Shown one piece after another: positions 1 through 31,937 of a stretch of DNA of 64,000 nucleotides (position 1 is the stretch's first letter; the number at the start of each line of letters is the position of its first letter). The position numbers were made by a program, and so were the translations under genes. The stretch is from Hormiphora californensis (taxonomy: Eukaryota > Animalia > Ctenophora). The notes under the pieces were generated by a model that worked only from the letters and a program-made list of their open reading frames with translations, was not told the origin of the DNA and did not search any database. The stretch is taken from contig CM035356.1 of the NCBI GenBank assembly GCA_020137815.1, positions 2,852,001 to 2,916,000 of the forward strand. The letters run 5' to 3'.

Positions 1-518
1 GGGCCAGGGGTCAGACTCCATCCGGAGATGAATCAATGCCTCGAAGACCAGGACAAAACAAAAGATAGACAAAGAGAGAGACAAATATATATTATTTTGA
101 TTGATAACAATTACCAGAAGGGGAATTTTAATTTATATCATGTATTTCTATGTTGGGTTACATTAATTCTAAGCTCTTGCTAGCTGTTGCTTTAAGACAC
201 TGGTCCTAGGAATTGATATAAATTAACTACATGACAGTCACTAGTTGATCATCTGAACGCGTCCAAATCATCAAATCTCAATTAGCAGGAATTAATATAT
301 GTCCGGCACACTAATAGATATGGCTCAAGAAGATCTAGAGGAGTATAACTGAATCATCCTGAATCTGAAGTCCAATCAGGATGAGGGATGTGAGGTAATC
401 GAACTCATACAAGCAGTCCACAAAGTCGTCCCCTGTAGCCCCTGTACACTTGGTATGTCTCTGAAATTGAAAATGTTGACTCTATTTTGTTGTCACAATT
501 AAGAAACTCACCCCCTAC

Positions 519-2284
519 CTACTCACCCCGACTTCCCCTTGTCAGAGCACCCGAAACTTTCAAATAATTGACCTGTCTGAAATGTCGTTCTGCCCTATGT
601 ATGGCAGAGTTTGGCACGCCATAATAACCACCGCTATAACTGACCTGTCCGAGTTCCCGTCTAATTATCTCTGCCCGTTTCCTCAGAAAGTGAAGTTCCT
701 TGTGCTGCCGTTTTGTGATGGGAGTTGTGGTGTGTTGGCTTAGCACACACAACCTCTCCAACCACTCGTCCGTTATCTTACTATTGGAGCTTGCCAGCGC
801 CCTCCAAACGGCAATCCGTCCTGCCACACTGGATACCTGTATTTAGATTTTGGGTTGTTGACTGAATTCTTAGACAACGCACTTTGATTGCGTCTGTGTC
901 GCTAGACGTTGGAGTAGGAAACTGACAGCAACTGTTACAGCATTTATTGGCCTGGATCCATATCGATATTCTAATTCATTATGTCCAACTCAATACCTGA
1001 TTATCGGGGGTGATGTCCATGTCTCTGAGAAGTCGCTGGCTGCTCTCCCACGCCTTCACAACGGATACTTCACACCCACTCTGTACAGTGCAGTTACCCA
1101 TGTAGCTGCTGCCCTGTACCACCTGCATCCCCCATGATACAAGCAAAATCAAAGACAAAAGTAACATATTGTGTGTCGTGCAATGGTGGTGGCAAGTTAT
1201 AAACTTTTCTTTTTCCTGACGTCCATGCAGTTTTTACGCAATTTTATTTCCGCTTTTGGTGCAGATCATGGGAACACAGCTACTCATTGGTAGGGTTGAG
1301 GTGTATTTCTGCTGGTGATACAGGCTGTTGTAGGGGTGATCTGTAGATGTGGATTCTGTAGATCTCATCCAGTAGTCCGGAACTGACGGCATGATGACCG
1401 TCATATTATTGACAAATCAACTGCTTACCATCTCGCTTCTTCTTCACACGTTCTTCTTATCACAAGCTGCCACGCCCCTCAACTCGTGGCACATGCACAA
1501 GGGACTATATCGCAGAAAGTGAAATCACTGGCAGTGGAGGAGAACACCTTCAGTAACTGCCATAGCTGGCAGGTTCCATTAAATAATTATAAGTGGAGGA
1601 GTTGTGCCCCTCTCAATGAGATATGTGGGAGGTTGTGCCCCTCACACAATGCACATTACACATAACAGCACACAATACACATCATGACATACATGACAGC
1701 TCAACATACATCTCCTTTACAATTATTACAGCAACACATGACACGTGCTCTCATGTGTAACACACGTGCTGTGCAACACATGACGTGCTCTCCTGTGTAA
1801 TTCCAGTTTCCAACCATGACCATGACATATATTACCACTTGCCAATAAACCTTCAATAGGCGTGTCAATTGGCAACAGTTGTCACATGTGCGTCTAAGAG
1901 ATATACAAAATGACACATGCATATAATTATCACATGAACGTCATTTTCACAACCAGAGAGAGAGAGATGGAGCTATCTGGTGTAATTGATTAATTAACAT
2001 GTGACTTTAATTACACTGCTCACAAGGGATATTTCAAACTGGGATGGGAGAGAGGGATAAGAAGGGAGAAAATAGTGATGGGAGAGAGAAGAGAGAGATA
2101 GAGAGAGATAGAGAGATAGAGAGATAGAGAGATAGTGATGGGAGAGAGAAGAGAGAGGAGAGAAGATAGAGAGATAGAGAGATAGAGAGAGAGAGAGATA
2201 GAGAGATGAGGCCTGTCATCACCTGACCGCACATTTTTATACAAGACTCAGAGGTTGTTGTTTGAGCTATGCTTCTCTGGGCTT
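519..2284 (-). CDS. Fragments of a spliced protein-coding gene of unknown product (probably continues beyond position 1)
   Basis: Exon-like segments with GT/AG ends and compatible phases: ~2223-2284 (EAQRSIAQTTTSESCIKMCGQ), ~1429-1565, ~998-1123 (VVQGSSYMGNC...DITPDNQ) and ~528-836 (VSSVAGRIAVWRALASS...). There are some apparent frameshifts and no recognised domain. Confidence 0.35.
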
Positions 2285-3028
2285 CTGCCAATAGCTTCAT
2301 ATTGTGAATTTGGGTCACCAATAGCTTCATATTGTGAATTTGGAGGTCACCAATAGCTTCATATTGTGAATTTGGGTCACCAGTAATTGTTGGGAGCTGT
2401 TAGGACCCGGGGCTAACCCAACATAGCTTTGATTCTTGATAAGCTGTCAATCCTGTCAGCGTATGTCAATCCGATCCTGTCTTCCTTTTGATTTCCTCAA
2501 CTCAGAAATTAGGTTTTTGTCGACACTTAGTTTCCCTCACACAACACACACCAAAACTGATGCTATAATTCTAGAAAAGGTTTTGTGAGCGGCCCTGCCA
2601 GTGCCATTTATCCAACCCAACTCTCTCCCCCACCTGTGAGGCCCACGCCAGGCGTGGCACGCCTTTCTCAGGAAACAAAGAGGGAGGAGGTTCGGTAGAA
2701 GAGCTAGTCGACTTATACCGAGTACCTCCTCCCTCTTGTTGTTTGTTAAGAGAGGGGTGGGGCCCTAATTCGACTATATAACTGGGGTGCGGGATGTCAT
2801 TTATTCCTGGAAAGTTGTGGAAAGTTGTGGAAGTTGTGCAATACCGGGAAGTGTCTCTATCGTGCAGCTTGATTTCTTGGTTTGTATTTGCAGCATGTCA
2901 CTCGGTTTAAACCCCCCCCTCTTTGTCAGAGCATTGGCTTGACCCTATAACTGCAGTGGTCAGAGCATTGGCCTGACAGCCCCCTCTGCTATTTGAGTTA
3001 TAATTACTAAAAAGGATATGTTAATTAA

Positions 3029-3277
3029 GCCAAAAACTAATTGGAATTAGTTGGCGGGAAAGGTGGCCCACTTACACCTTTTGCTGCTACCGGGTACCAC
3101 GAACTGTCATTCTCTTCACGTCACGTCGGTATCTCAATCTCGATCTCTCTCACCCTTTCTCTTTCTCTATTTCACTCACCTCTTATATCCCTGATACATT
3201 TTAAAATAAAACCCGGCATCAGGCAAAGGTGTAAGTGGGCCACCTTTCCCGCCAACTAATTCCAATTAGTTTTTGGC
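3029..3277. mobile_element. TTAA-flanked MITE (copy 1)
   Basis: ~52-bp terminal inverted repeats (gccaaaaactaattggaattagttggcgggaaaggtggcccacttacaccttt) with TTAA on both sides; second copy at 12361-12792. Confidence 0.8.
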
Positions 3278-3285
3278 TTAATTTA

Positions 3286-4227
3286 TAGGTCCCTTTTTGG
3301 TTTCTAATGTCAGTATGACATTATTTCATGATAAAAAATTGTCAAAATGATGTGTTATGTGAGAAACGAGACGAATTTCTGTGAAAATCGTAATTTTGAC
3401 GTCATTATGACGTCATCTGACGTAATTAGTGACGTCGTAACGACGTAATTGGATCACAATATATTTTGAATGAATACCCTGAAGGAGCGTGTAAAGTATC
3501 ATTGACCACAGTGGTCAGGAAAGGGAGTTTTTGCTCGAAAAACGTTCATTGTACTGAATTTTTCGTCAAATTTTTGACTTCCGACGCAATTTAAGGGCTC
3601 AAAATGATGAGCTACGAAAATTCGCAATATAGTAACTGAAATTTCAGACAATTTGCCGGTAACGATTTTCCGTCAAATCAGAAATCGGAACACGTCTTCA
3701 GGGTGCTAGAGGCGTTTGAAAAAAGTTAGTCGATCTCGCGCAATGACGTCACTCGTGACGTCATTGCGCGCGTTATAAGTAAGATTGAGAGTTGCCACCC
3801 AAATGGGTACATGCACGAGACAATTATCTGTCGAATGCCGCTTGGTTTAAGGTCGTACGATGTCTGGTTCGTCTCAAACTGGGACCAAACGGAAGGTAAT
3901 AAAGCGTCTATACATCTATCTATCTATCAACCTAGTTATCCCCACACTGAATTTTCTGTTTTGGGGGTGGTGTTATAACTTTTGAACAAAATGAGCTAGC
4001 CACTTGAAATTTTTACCATCGATAGATGTCTACAAGAAGCTTCTGAGTACAAAATTTCAGCTTCCTAGCTCATCCGGTTCCGGAGTTATGACGTGTCAAA
4101 AAGTGCCAAAATGGGCTAAAAGTATGAAATAACTATATATACGCTGTGAGCAAGCGGGCCGTTTTTTGGGGGAATTTTTTTCGGGGGGTTGGATGGGGCC
4201 ACCTTTGCGCTTGCCAGCGCAGTGATT
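3286..4227 (-). repeat. Dispersed non-autonomous repeat family A (~0.95 kb)
   Basis: Near-identical reverse complement of 11417-12354; further partial copies at 11113-11416 and 12798-13435. Confidence 0.85.
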
Positions 4228-4269
4228 GGATACAATTGTCTGCCCTCATATTATTGTAGTTATAGGTGG

Positions 4270-23726
<19,457 letters not shown>

Positions 23727-24232
23727 CACGTCTTCCAGCAGTGTGTGATCAGTGTGTGATATATCAGATAACTGTGTGAGCAAGTTTGTAAGGGGGGAAC
23801 GATTGCTGCATTGACAGGGTCAAATGTTTGACAATATATGGGGCCAATATATTGATGCAGAGACCCAGCTGTATTATGGAACATATCTGGTAGATTGTTA
23901 GCTAACTTGTGTGACCCGCGTTAGTAGTTCTAGGGTATAAAAGGGAGTTATGGTATAAAATGGGAGTATGTAAAGTGTGATTACATAGTTGAGAATGAGT
24001 GACTAGAGAGTTAAATGTGACTAGAGAGTGAAATGTGACTGGAGAGTGAAGTGTGACTCCAGAATTGTGTTATTTCAGTTTTGCTAAAATTGTGTGAGTG
24101 GGCAGTTGATAGATTGTGTGTGTGATTGTGTGTGTGTGTTTATCTCAGAACATTTTTTATAAGAACGTGGTGTGTTGGAATATTGTACATCGAACATTTC
24201 ATATGCTGGAACTAACAAAATCCGGATACCGG

Positions 24233-25531
24233 ACCCACTTCCATCTTCCAACCCTCCACCCACTTCCATCTTCCCACCCTCCACCCACTTCCATCTTCCA
24301 ACCTCCACCCACTTCCATCTTCCCACCCTCCACCCACTTCCATCTTCCCACCCTCCACCCACTTCCATCTTCCCAACCTCCACCCACTTCCATCTTCCCA
24401 CCCTCCACCCACTTCCATCTTCCCACCCTCCACCCACTTCCATCTTCCCACCCTCCACCCACTTCCATCTTCCCACCCTCCACCCTCTTCCATCTTCCCA
24501 CCATCCACCCACTTCCATCTTCCAACCCTCCACCCACTTCCATCTTCCCACCCTCCACCCACTTCCATCTTCCAACCCTCCACCCACTTACATCTTCCAA
24601 CCCTCCACCCACTTCCATCTTCCCACCCTCCACCCACTTCCATCTTCCAACCATCCACCCACTTCCATCTTCCCACCCTCCACCCACTTCCATCTTCCCA
24701 CCATCCACCCACTTCCATCTTCCAACCCTCCACCCACTTCCATCTTCCAACCCTCCACCCGCTTCCATCTTCCCACCCTCCACCCACTTCCATCTTCCCA
24801 ACCTCCACCCACTTCCATCTTCCCACCCTCCACCCACTTCCATCTTCCCACCCTCCACCCACTTCCATCTTCCAACCCTCCACCCACTTCCATCTTCCCA
24901 CCCTCCACCCACTTCCATCTTCCCACCCTCCACCCACTTCCATCTTCCAACCATCCACCCACTTCCATCTTCCCACCCTCCACCCACTTCCATCTTCCAA
25001 CCCTCCACCCACTTCCATCTTCCAACCCTCCACCCACTTCCATCTTCCAACCCTCCACCCACTTCCATCTTCCAACCCTCCACCCACTTCCATCTTCCAA
25101 CCCTCCACCCACTTCCATCTTCCAACCCTCCACCCACTTCCATCTTCCCACCCTCCACCCACTTCCATCTTCCAACCCTCCACCCTCTTCCATCTTCCCA
25201 CCCTCCACCCACTTCCATCTTCCAACCCTCCACCCTCTTCCATCTTCCCACCCTCCACCCACTTCCATCTTCCCACCCTCCACCCACTTCCATCTTCCCA
25301 CCCTCCACCCACTTCCATCTTCCAACCCTCCACCCACTTCCATCTTCCAACCCTCCACCCACTTCCATCTTCCAACCCTCCACCCACTTCCATCTCCCAA
25401 TCTCCACTCTTCCATCTTCCAACCCTCCACCTACTTCCATCTTCCAACCCTCCACCCACTTCCATCTTCCAACCCTCCACCCACTTCCATCTTCCAACCC
25501 TCCTCCCACTTCCATCTTCCAACCCTCCACC
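24233..25531. repeat. 25-bp minisatellite (~52 copies), C-rich on + strand
   Basis: Unit ccacccacttccatcttcc(c/a)accct; the 25-aa periodicity of the ORFs equals three units. Confidence 0.95.
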
Positions 25532-26247
25532 TAGTGCCTATAATGTTTGTGTTGTTCAAACATGTACGGACTATGTAATTGTGAGGGAGGGATCAGACAC
25601 CACCCCCCCCCCCACTCCACAGCAAATTAACTAGACGATAGCTTCAATAGCCAGTAATTTCTATCCTTTGCTAGTCCCGGAACCGGGCCATATAATAACC
25701 GTAGTTTGTAAAATGAGGAGCATAGGTGCCGCGAATATACGATAAATTATGGAAAACTGTCAGGACATAAAATGCTAGGGTACAGATAAGAGAGAGAGAT
25801 AAGATTTCTAGGCACCATGGACGGCCCCATGAAAACATCTAGATGTAATATGACGTCATTTCGTAAACGTTTTCTTGTCTGGCTTTGTAGTACGCTAACT
25901 TTGCCGGTCACCGCTCCCAGGAACTTCAAGTTCGAAATCGCATGAAAATAACATGAAAAGACGCTCACTGAGCCACTGATGGTGTAACGCGGACGTTCCC
26001 TACTACAATACCCCCCCCCCCCCCCCGAGTGTCCACAAGGTTTTAGTATGTAATAACATTCCCTGTAGTGTTCCCTATAGTTAATTTACACACAAAAGTC
26101 TCCCATCAACACACAATTTTGGCTCCAGTGTCTGATGTTTGATCCTCTATACTGTCTGTCTAGTATACATAGTATATATCGAGATTCCAATTAGCTACTA
26201 ACTAATTAGTAATTACCAATTAGCTACTAACTAATTACTAATTAGTC

Positions 26248-29200
26248 ATGTCTCACAACCAGATTTACCAGCCGTTTTACATAAAGTTCTTGGTGTTCAT
26301 TATAATTGTGGGGATCACGTTCATTGGAGGATGTTTTATTGTCGCGGTCTACCAGAATGATGATTGGTAAGTATTAACATGGTTGATGGTGCACATGGGC
26401 TGCCATTTGTTGGCTTTTCCCTTGCTTATAGGTAGATTCTCATGATTCTGTGTGCATGTGACTGGGGATGATGTACTAATCTGTTATAGCATGATTTTAG
26501 ACAACACAAAAAACACCTCATATATATCAGCTGTTGTAACTTATAGTTTTAATCAGTTAGATTATTCCTCCTGCTCTCCCTTGCTAAGCTTGGGGTATGC
26601 GTTCCATGTGGACACTCCACACATAGTTCTTGATCTTCCTGTCGAACCGGACGTATCCTTGGTCTCCCCATCGAGTACCCCAGGAGTTCTTGATCTCCCA
26701 GAAGTCGGGGGTGTATCCAGGTAACAGGCCATGGCGTGATGAGGGGTCCTTCCACAGTTGTTGATAGATAGAACTCCGCTCTTGTAGTAGTTGAACCCTC
26801 CCTTGATCTCAAATGCCATGGCGACAGGTCCCTTGCTCGAGGCCGGTGGCGAGAGCGGCGTCTCCAGCTGGTCTTGGCAGGTACCAGTGAACTTGACTCC
26901 GGTAGAGGCCGTTGGGTTTGCTGGCTCCCTGGCACCTGCCGGATCGAGCAGTGTATTTGTAGTCGGAGAGAAGGGCAAGCCTCTGTTTGGACAGAACCTT
27001 GTTGTAGGCATCCCAATACCATCCACCGTCGCAGCCATCTCGACCTGTGAGAATAGGGTGTGGAATAGCTGATATATACAGGAAATGTTGCGGTGAAAAG
27101 GCTACTTATCTTACGGGTGTAGAGAGAGAATTGAGGCCTAAGTGTCTAAAAATCTTACAGGTATAACTAACTAAGTTAAAAGCTACTTACTGGTGTAGGC
27201 ACAGTCGACGAACTCCTGCTCGGAGAACTTCTTCAGGTCGTTGGTGGCGATGGCGTAGTGACCCTCAGTAGCGGCAATACCAGCAAAGGCCCAGCAAGAT
27301 CCACAAGATCCCTGGTTCTGGACGGCAGAGACCTTTCCTTCCTCTCTCCACAGCTTGGAAGAATCATCACTGCAAAGAGAAGTTGTAATGATGAGGTCTA
27401 TAACAAACTACATAACTCCCTCCCGCACGGGCAGATAATCAATAGACGACAAAGATATATCTCTGACTGCAAAGAGGTTGTAATGATGAGGTCTACAAAG
27501 ATATATCTCTGACTGCAAAGAGGTTGTAATGATGAGGTCTACAAAGATATATCTCTGACTGTACATCTAGCTCCTTCACATTCAGTTTGGTCTGTCGTGA
27601 AATTTTAGTGTCAAGTGGCACGCCAAGTTGGGACACTTTCTTTTTTTTGATCATCCCCGTTCTAACAATTGTCACTCCCTGTTACACACACCATGTATCC
27701 TGGCCATGTATGTGGCACGGTTTGACAGGTGTTATTTTCATTTAGGACACTTACGCAGGGGCCGGTCCCCAGTCATCCTCGTCATCAGAAGCAGCGGGAG
27801 CATCATCTTTAATTACAGGCAGGGCAGTAATGTTGATTCCATAGTACTGCTTCTGTTCCTCGGGGGTGAGAGCAGCCATGAAGTTGGCATCAAGGGTGTA
27901 TCCCTCCTGGGCCTCATTCTCAGCAACAATGTACTTCAAGTTCTCCCTGAAGGGAGGGGGTTTAACAATTTGGGAGTTTGCCAATTTTCAAGTGAGGACT
28001 GAGGACGTAGTGGCGTGTTTGTTTGTTTGTTTGTGATTGCTGCGTGTTATTGAGTGTGATAATACCTGAAGATTCTGAATCTGAAGTTCTTCTCAGCGTA
28101 GTGGCGTGTTATTGAGTGTGATATAATACCTGAAGATTCTGAATCTGAAGTTCTTCTCAGCGTAGTGGCGTGTTATTGAGTGTGATATAATACCTGAAGA
28201 TTCTGAATCTGAAGTTCTTCTCAGCCAGTCCGTATGCCTCACCACTCTCGCTCATCCACTTGTTGAACAGCCTCACCTGACCCTCACTGGACCTCAGTCC
28301 AGAGGACAGGGTGTCCTTGTCAAAGGCAGCAGCAGTAGCGATCAGAAGAGTGAACAGGATCATGATATGGTTGTAGTTGGTAGCTACTGCTCGATCTGCG
28401 GGGGTATTTATACCGTGAAGGAGCTGTGGGTGAACAGCGGGAACCGACCGAAACAACCAATCAGAACTCGTTATTTAGGTCACGTGACAGGTTATCAGCC
28501 AATCAGGGACCAGTATTTCCTGATTCGGCCGGTTCCTGGTGAACAGGTGCGGGGACCAAGAGAGGGAGAGGTGAGAAACCGTTCTGCAGTTATTGGCGGT
28601 CTAGTTTTCTATTCTATTGTTCAAAGGACGGTCTAACATTATTAACTCAAAAACCAGTCATTCTTTTGCGGAGATCTCACCTCTGTATTCAATTATTTTG
28701 TTCAAAGAGAGGGTGGCACAAGGCAAGTATTCAATAGCATAAAATCAAATGATCTCTTTTTCTCCGTTTTCTAGTAACAATAAACACCTTCATTATATAT
28801 CTAGGTATAACGGGTTAACCAGGCCAGACTACTCCCCTGCTACCTGGGTCATTGCCCCTGTTTATAGCCTCACCTTCCTCCTGGAGGGGCTGGGTGCCTG
28901 GTTTGTGTGGTATTCTAATGGCATCAGGCACAGTTACCCTCATATCCTTGTATTCGCCTGTCAGGTAATTACCCACTGTCAGGTAATTACCCACTAGTTA
29001 CCCACTTGTTATCCCCTAGTTACCCCCTAGTTCCCCCTAGTTACCCCCTAGTTACACTTATATCCTTGTATTCGCCTGTCAGGTAATAGTAGAGGCAATA
29101 AGCACACTCACCCCCTCTGATTTCTGTGAAACTTCTCCCATGCTAAAGGGTGGTAATGGAGGTTCAAATACCGTTGGATTTAAGTCTGGAAAATGTTCGG

Positions 29201-30634
29201 TTCGTTAATTATCGCTAACTGAAAAACGTCAAAATGGCCTAGAATGACCCTTAGTTCGGTTTTGAAAGTTTGGAGTTGTCACTCCAGACTTCGTGGAGAT
29301 GTCCGCTAGGATGCCAAGATGCACCAAAAGTAGACGCAGGCACAAATTCATCCGAATTTTTGCGTGAGACCGTATTAATTGAATTTTGGTCACGTGACCA
29401 AAATTCAATTGCCATCTGTACGTCGGCAATAAAAATAGGGCCATTGCTTATGAATATCCCTTACCTCAACGGTTCAGAAGCTGCGTTTGGAAGTTACCTT
29501 TTTGATGTAAAAAGGCATCAAAATGGCTTAACTTCTGAACCGTTGAAGTGAGGTGATATTCAAAGGATGAAAAAGAGATAAAAATGACAAGAAATGGCCT
29601 TATTTTTTATCGCCGACGTACAGGAAAGGCACAAATGGCAATTGAATTTTGGTCACGTGACCAAAATTCAATTAATCCGGTCTCATGCAAAAAATTCGGA
29701 CGAATTTGTGCCTGCGTCTACTTTTGGTGCATCTTGGCATCCTAGCGGACATCTCCACGAAATCTGGAGTGACAACTCCAAACTTTCAAAACCGAACTTA
29801 AGGCCATTTTAGGCCATTTTGGCGTTTTTCAATTAGCGATAGTTAACGAACCCACTAGTTACCCACTAGTTACCCACTAGTTACCCATTAGTTACCCACT
29901 AGTTACCTCCTAGTTACCCACTAGTTACCTCCTAGTTACCTCCTAGTTACCCACTAGTTACCCACTAGTTACCCCCTAGTTACCCACTAGTTACCCCCTA
30001 GTTACCCACTATCACAATATCCTGATCCTAACTCAAACTTCAACCAGTACGCAGTGACCTTGGCCTGGTTCCCAACCTTTTTCGGGTATGAATTCACCAT
30101 GGCTGGCATAGTTGTATCCATTGGATCGTGGACCCTTACCCTTCTAACATTGGTAAGTACGAACTGTATATGTACTAGAACATGGTCTGGCCTCACGTTT
30201 GACTGAATAATGGTCGAATGGTTGAATTCGATTTTAGATTCTTAGGGTCTAAACGTCTTATAGAACCCAATTCCATGGAAGAACCGGAATTTCGTCCAGC
30301 CCAGGAATTTCTACTTTTCACTCGGTTGCCCCTAGAAATCCTACTTTATTAGGGACCCTAAGAACATAGAATTCGTACCCACGTGCATGCCTGCCGCCTG
30401 TAGAAGATTTCCCCGAAATTCTAAATAATTCAACAAATTTCAAACAATATTTCCCCGAAATTTGCGAACTTCCCTCCCCAGAAATTCCCCTGTGATGAAA
30501 ACCCACTATATTTTCAGCTGGCATTCTCACGATGTTCCTGGTTATCCAGCGTTCTCCTCTTATTCCCTGTATCCTGGAAAACTTATTGTTTGGTGTGGGG
30601 AATGGACATTATGATCAGCAACCCTGGCCGGTAG
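26248..30634 (+). CDS. TSPO: Translocator protein (TspO/MBR family), 4 exons, 166 aa
   Basis: Exons 26248-26366, 28805-28964, 30048-30152, 30518-30634 give 501 nt in frame. WYNGLTRPDYSPATWVIAPVYSLTFLLEGLGAWFVW matches the WYxxLxKPxxxPPxWxFxPVW motif; also AWFPTFFG and five hydrophobic segments. Confidence 0.85.
26562..28363 (-). CDS. Papain-family (C1A) cathepsin L-like cysteine protease, nested in TSPO intron 1
   Basis: Exons 28363-28194, 27946-27755, 27369-27191, 27044-26562. Signal peptide; ERFNIN-like prodomain (EKNFRFRIFRENLKYIVAEN); QGSCGSCWAF, GCDGG, HHAM and WEIKNSWGTRWGDQGY motifs. Several frameshifts in the last exon, probably sequence errors. Confidence 0.9.
28405..28488 (-). promoter_or_regulatory. 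Putative cathepsin promoter: TATA box plus GTCACGTGAC (CLEAR-type E-box)
   Basis: TATAAATA on the - strand at 28412-28405, ~40 nt upstream of the ATG; palindromic GTCACGTGAC at 28479-28488. Confidence 0.45.
28438..28538. mobile_element. 101-bp MITE with 8-bp TSD (hAT-like)
   Basis: TIRs c(g/a)ggaaccg(a/g)ccgaa; perfect TSD gtgaacag at 28430-28437 and 28539-28546. Confidence 0.85.
29199..29852. mobile_element. Fold-back (long palindromic) element in TSPO intron 2
   Basis: Arms of ~240 bp are near-perfect inverted repeats; it sits among (ctagttaccc(a/c))n repeats at 28990-29055 and 29853-30010. Confidence 0.8.
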
Positions 30635-31228
30635 GGGGGACCATGTATCCTGGAAAACTTATTGTTTGGTGTGGGGAATGGACATTATGATCAGCAACCC
30701 TGGCCGGTAGGGGGACCAGCTGACAAGATCTCGTACGTGATAATATGATATGAAGATCTATATGTATATCTCGGTATGTAGGATATCATGTGGAGCTATT
30801 GAAAGACAGACTTTGAGAAATAACAGAGCTACGGGCACTGATCAGCTACTTCGATAAATTGACACGACTGACTGTTCAGAGTCTGAACTTCTGACCGACA
30901 AAGTGGAGCTGGATAGTGACACTGACAGACACTAAACAGAACTGAAGAAAGAGTTTATAACTTGACAGAGAAATCAGACATTTATCAGTGATAGAGAGAG
31001 AGGCAACTGCCAGTTTTACCATTTTTTACCGAGTTTAAAGACAGAAAACACAATTTTTAAAGTCTGCAAAAAAAGGGTCAATCACTCAAAATTTCATTAG
31101 ACCTAACACCAATACATCAAATATTTCTCTCCCTCAACACAAATATATATATCATCCCCTCTCTGTGTTCCTCTTGGTGCTATTAGTTACCCAGTAGATC
31201 GGGGGGCCACTCCCTGGCGTTATGGTTG

Positions 31229-31807
31229 CTATAGTAACCTGTCAGAGGCCTCAAGCTTAGCTTCTTCTGAATTCACACCAACTGAAAGACAGTGATATTA
31301 GTTAGAAGAAGAAGATATTAGTTCATTTATACAGTCCGTTGTAACTATAATAGCAGTCTGTCTGCTTGTTGATCTAGACATATCTATCTGTCTGTCTGTC
31401 ACTCTGTCTAGACATGTGTCTGTCTGCTACCTACATCCGTACTGTGGGAACTGTTCCTCTGACATCTCGATAGCGGGGTTCTGATCCTCCGATAAGGCTG
31501 CTCCAGTGGTCAGGTCAAGCACACAGACAGATATCAACCTGCAGGGGAGGTAGAGGGTAGTATAGGTAGGGGGAGGTAGTATAGGGAGGTATAGGGAGAA
31601 GAGGACCGGGGAGAGGTAGTATAGGGAGGAAGGTATCTGAATAGTGAGAAGAGGTATGGGGAGGGGAGAACCGGGAAGGAGGTATGGGGGAGAGGTAGTA
31701 TTATAATAGGGAGGGTGATATCTGAATAGGGAAGATATCTCTCGAGCTCTGATCAAGTGATCACGCGGTGTTTTAACTTACAAAGTGGCGATAAAGAAGA
31801 TCTTCAT
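31229..31807 (-). CDS. 60-aa secreted peptide precursor candidate
   Basis: Exons 31807-31782, 31538-31435, 31281-31229 (183 nt, phases 2 and 1 consistent) encode MKIFFIATLLISVCVLDLTTGAALSEDQNPAIEMSEEQFPQYGFGVNSEEAKLEASDRLL*. Confidence 0.6.
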
Positions 31808-31937
31808 GGTGGTAGAGTTGGTGCTAAAGAGAGAGACCTAAAGATAATGTTTTAATCAGACTTGAGATACCATAGTACCCAAACCAAACCACTTCTACCC
31901 GGCTCAATAAACTCTATATTTTGCAACCAGAATTGGC

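Noticed and set aside
24084-25578. Five 280-472 aa ORFs on both strands
   Set aside because: They are translations of a stop-free 25-bp minisatellite that is open in nearly every frame.
26263-26360. Alternative last exon of the F-box gene (DLPAVLHK...*)
   Set aside because: Another frame gives an ATG-initiated transmembrane segment that splices in phase to clear TSPO exons.
26562-27044. Cathepsin (and F-box exons 5-6) as pseudogenes
   Set aside because: Catalytic motifs and splice sites are intact and the indels are of the small sequencing-error type. Errors are more likely, though raw reads are needed to be sure.
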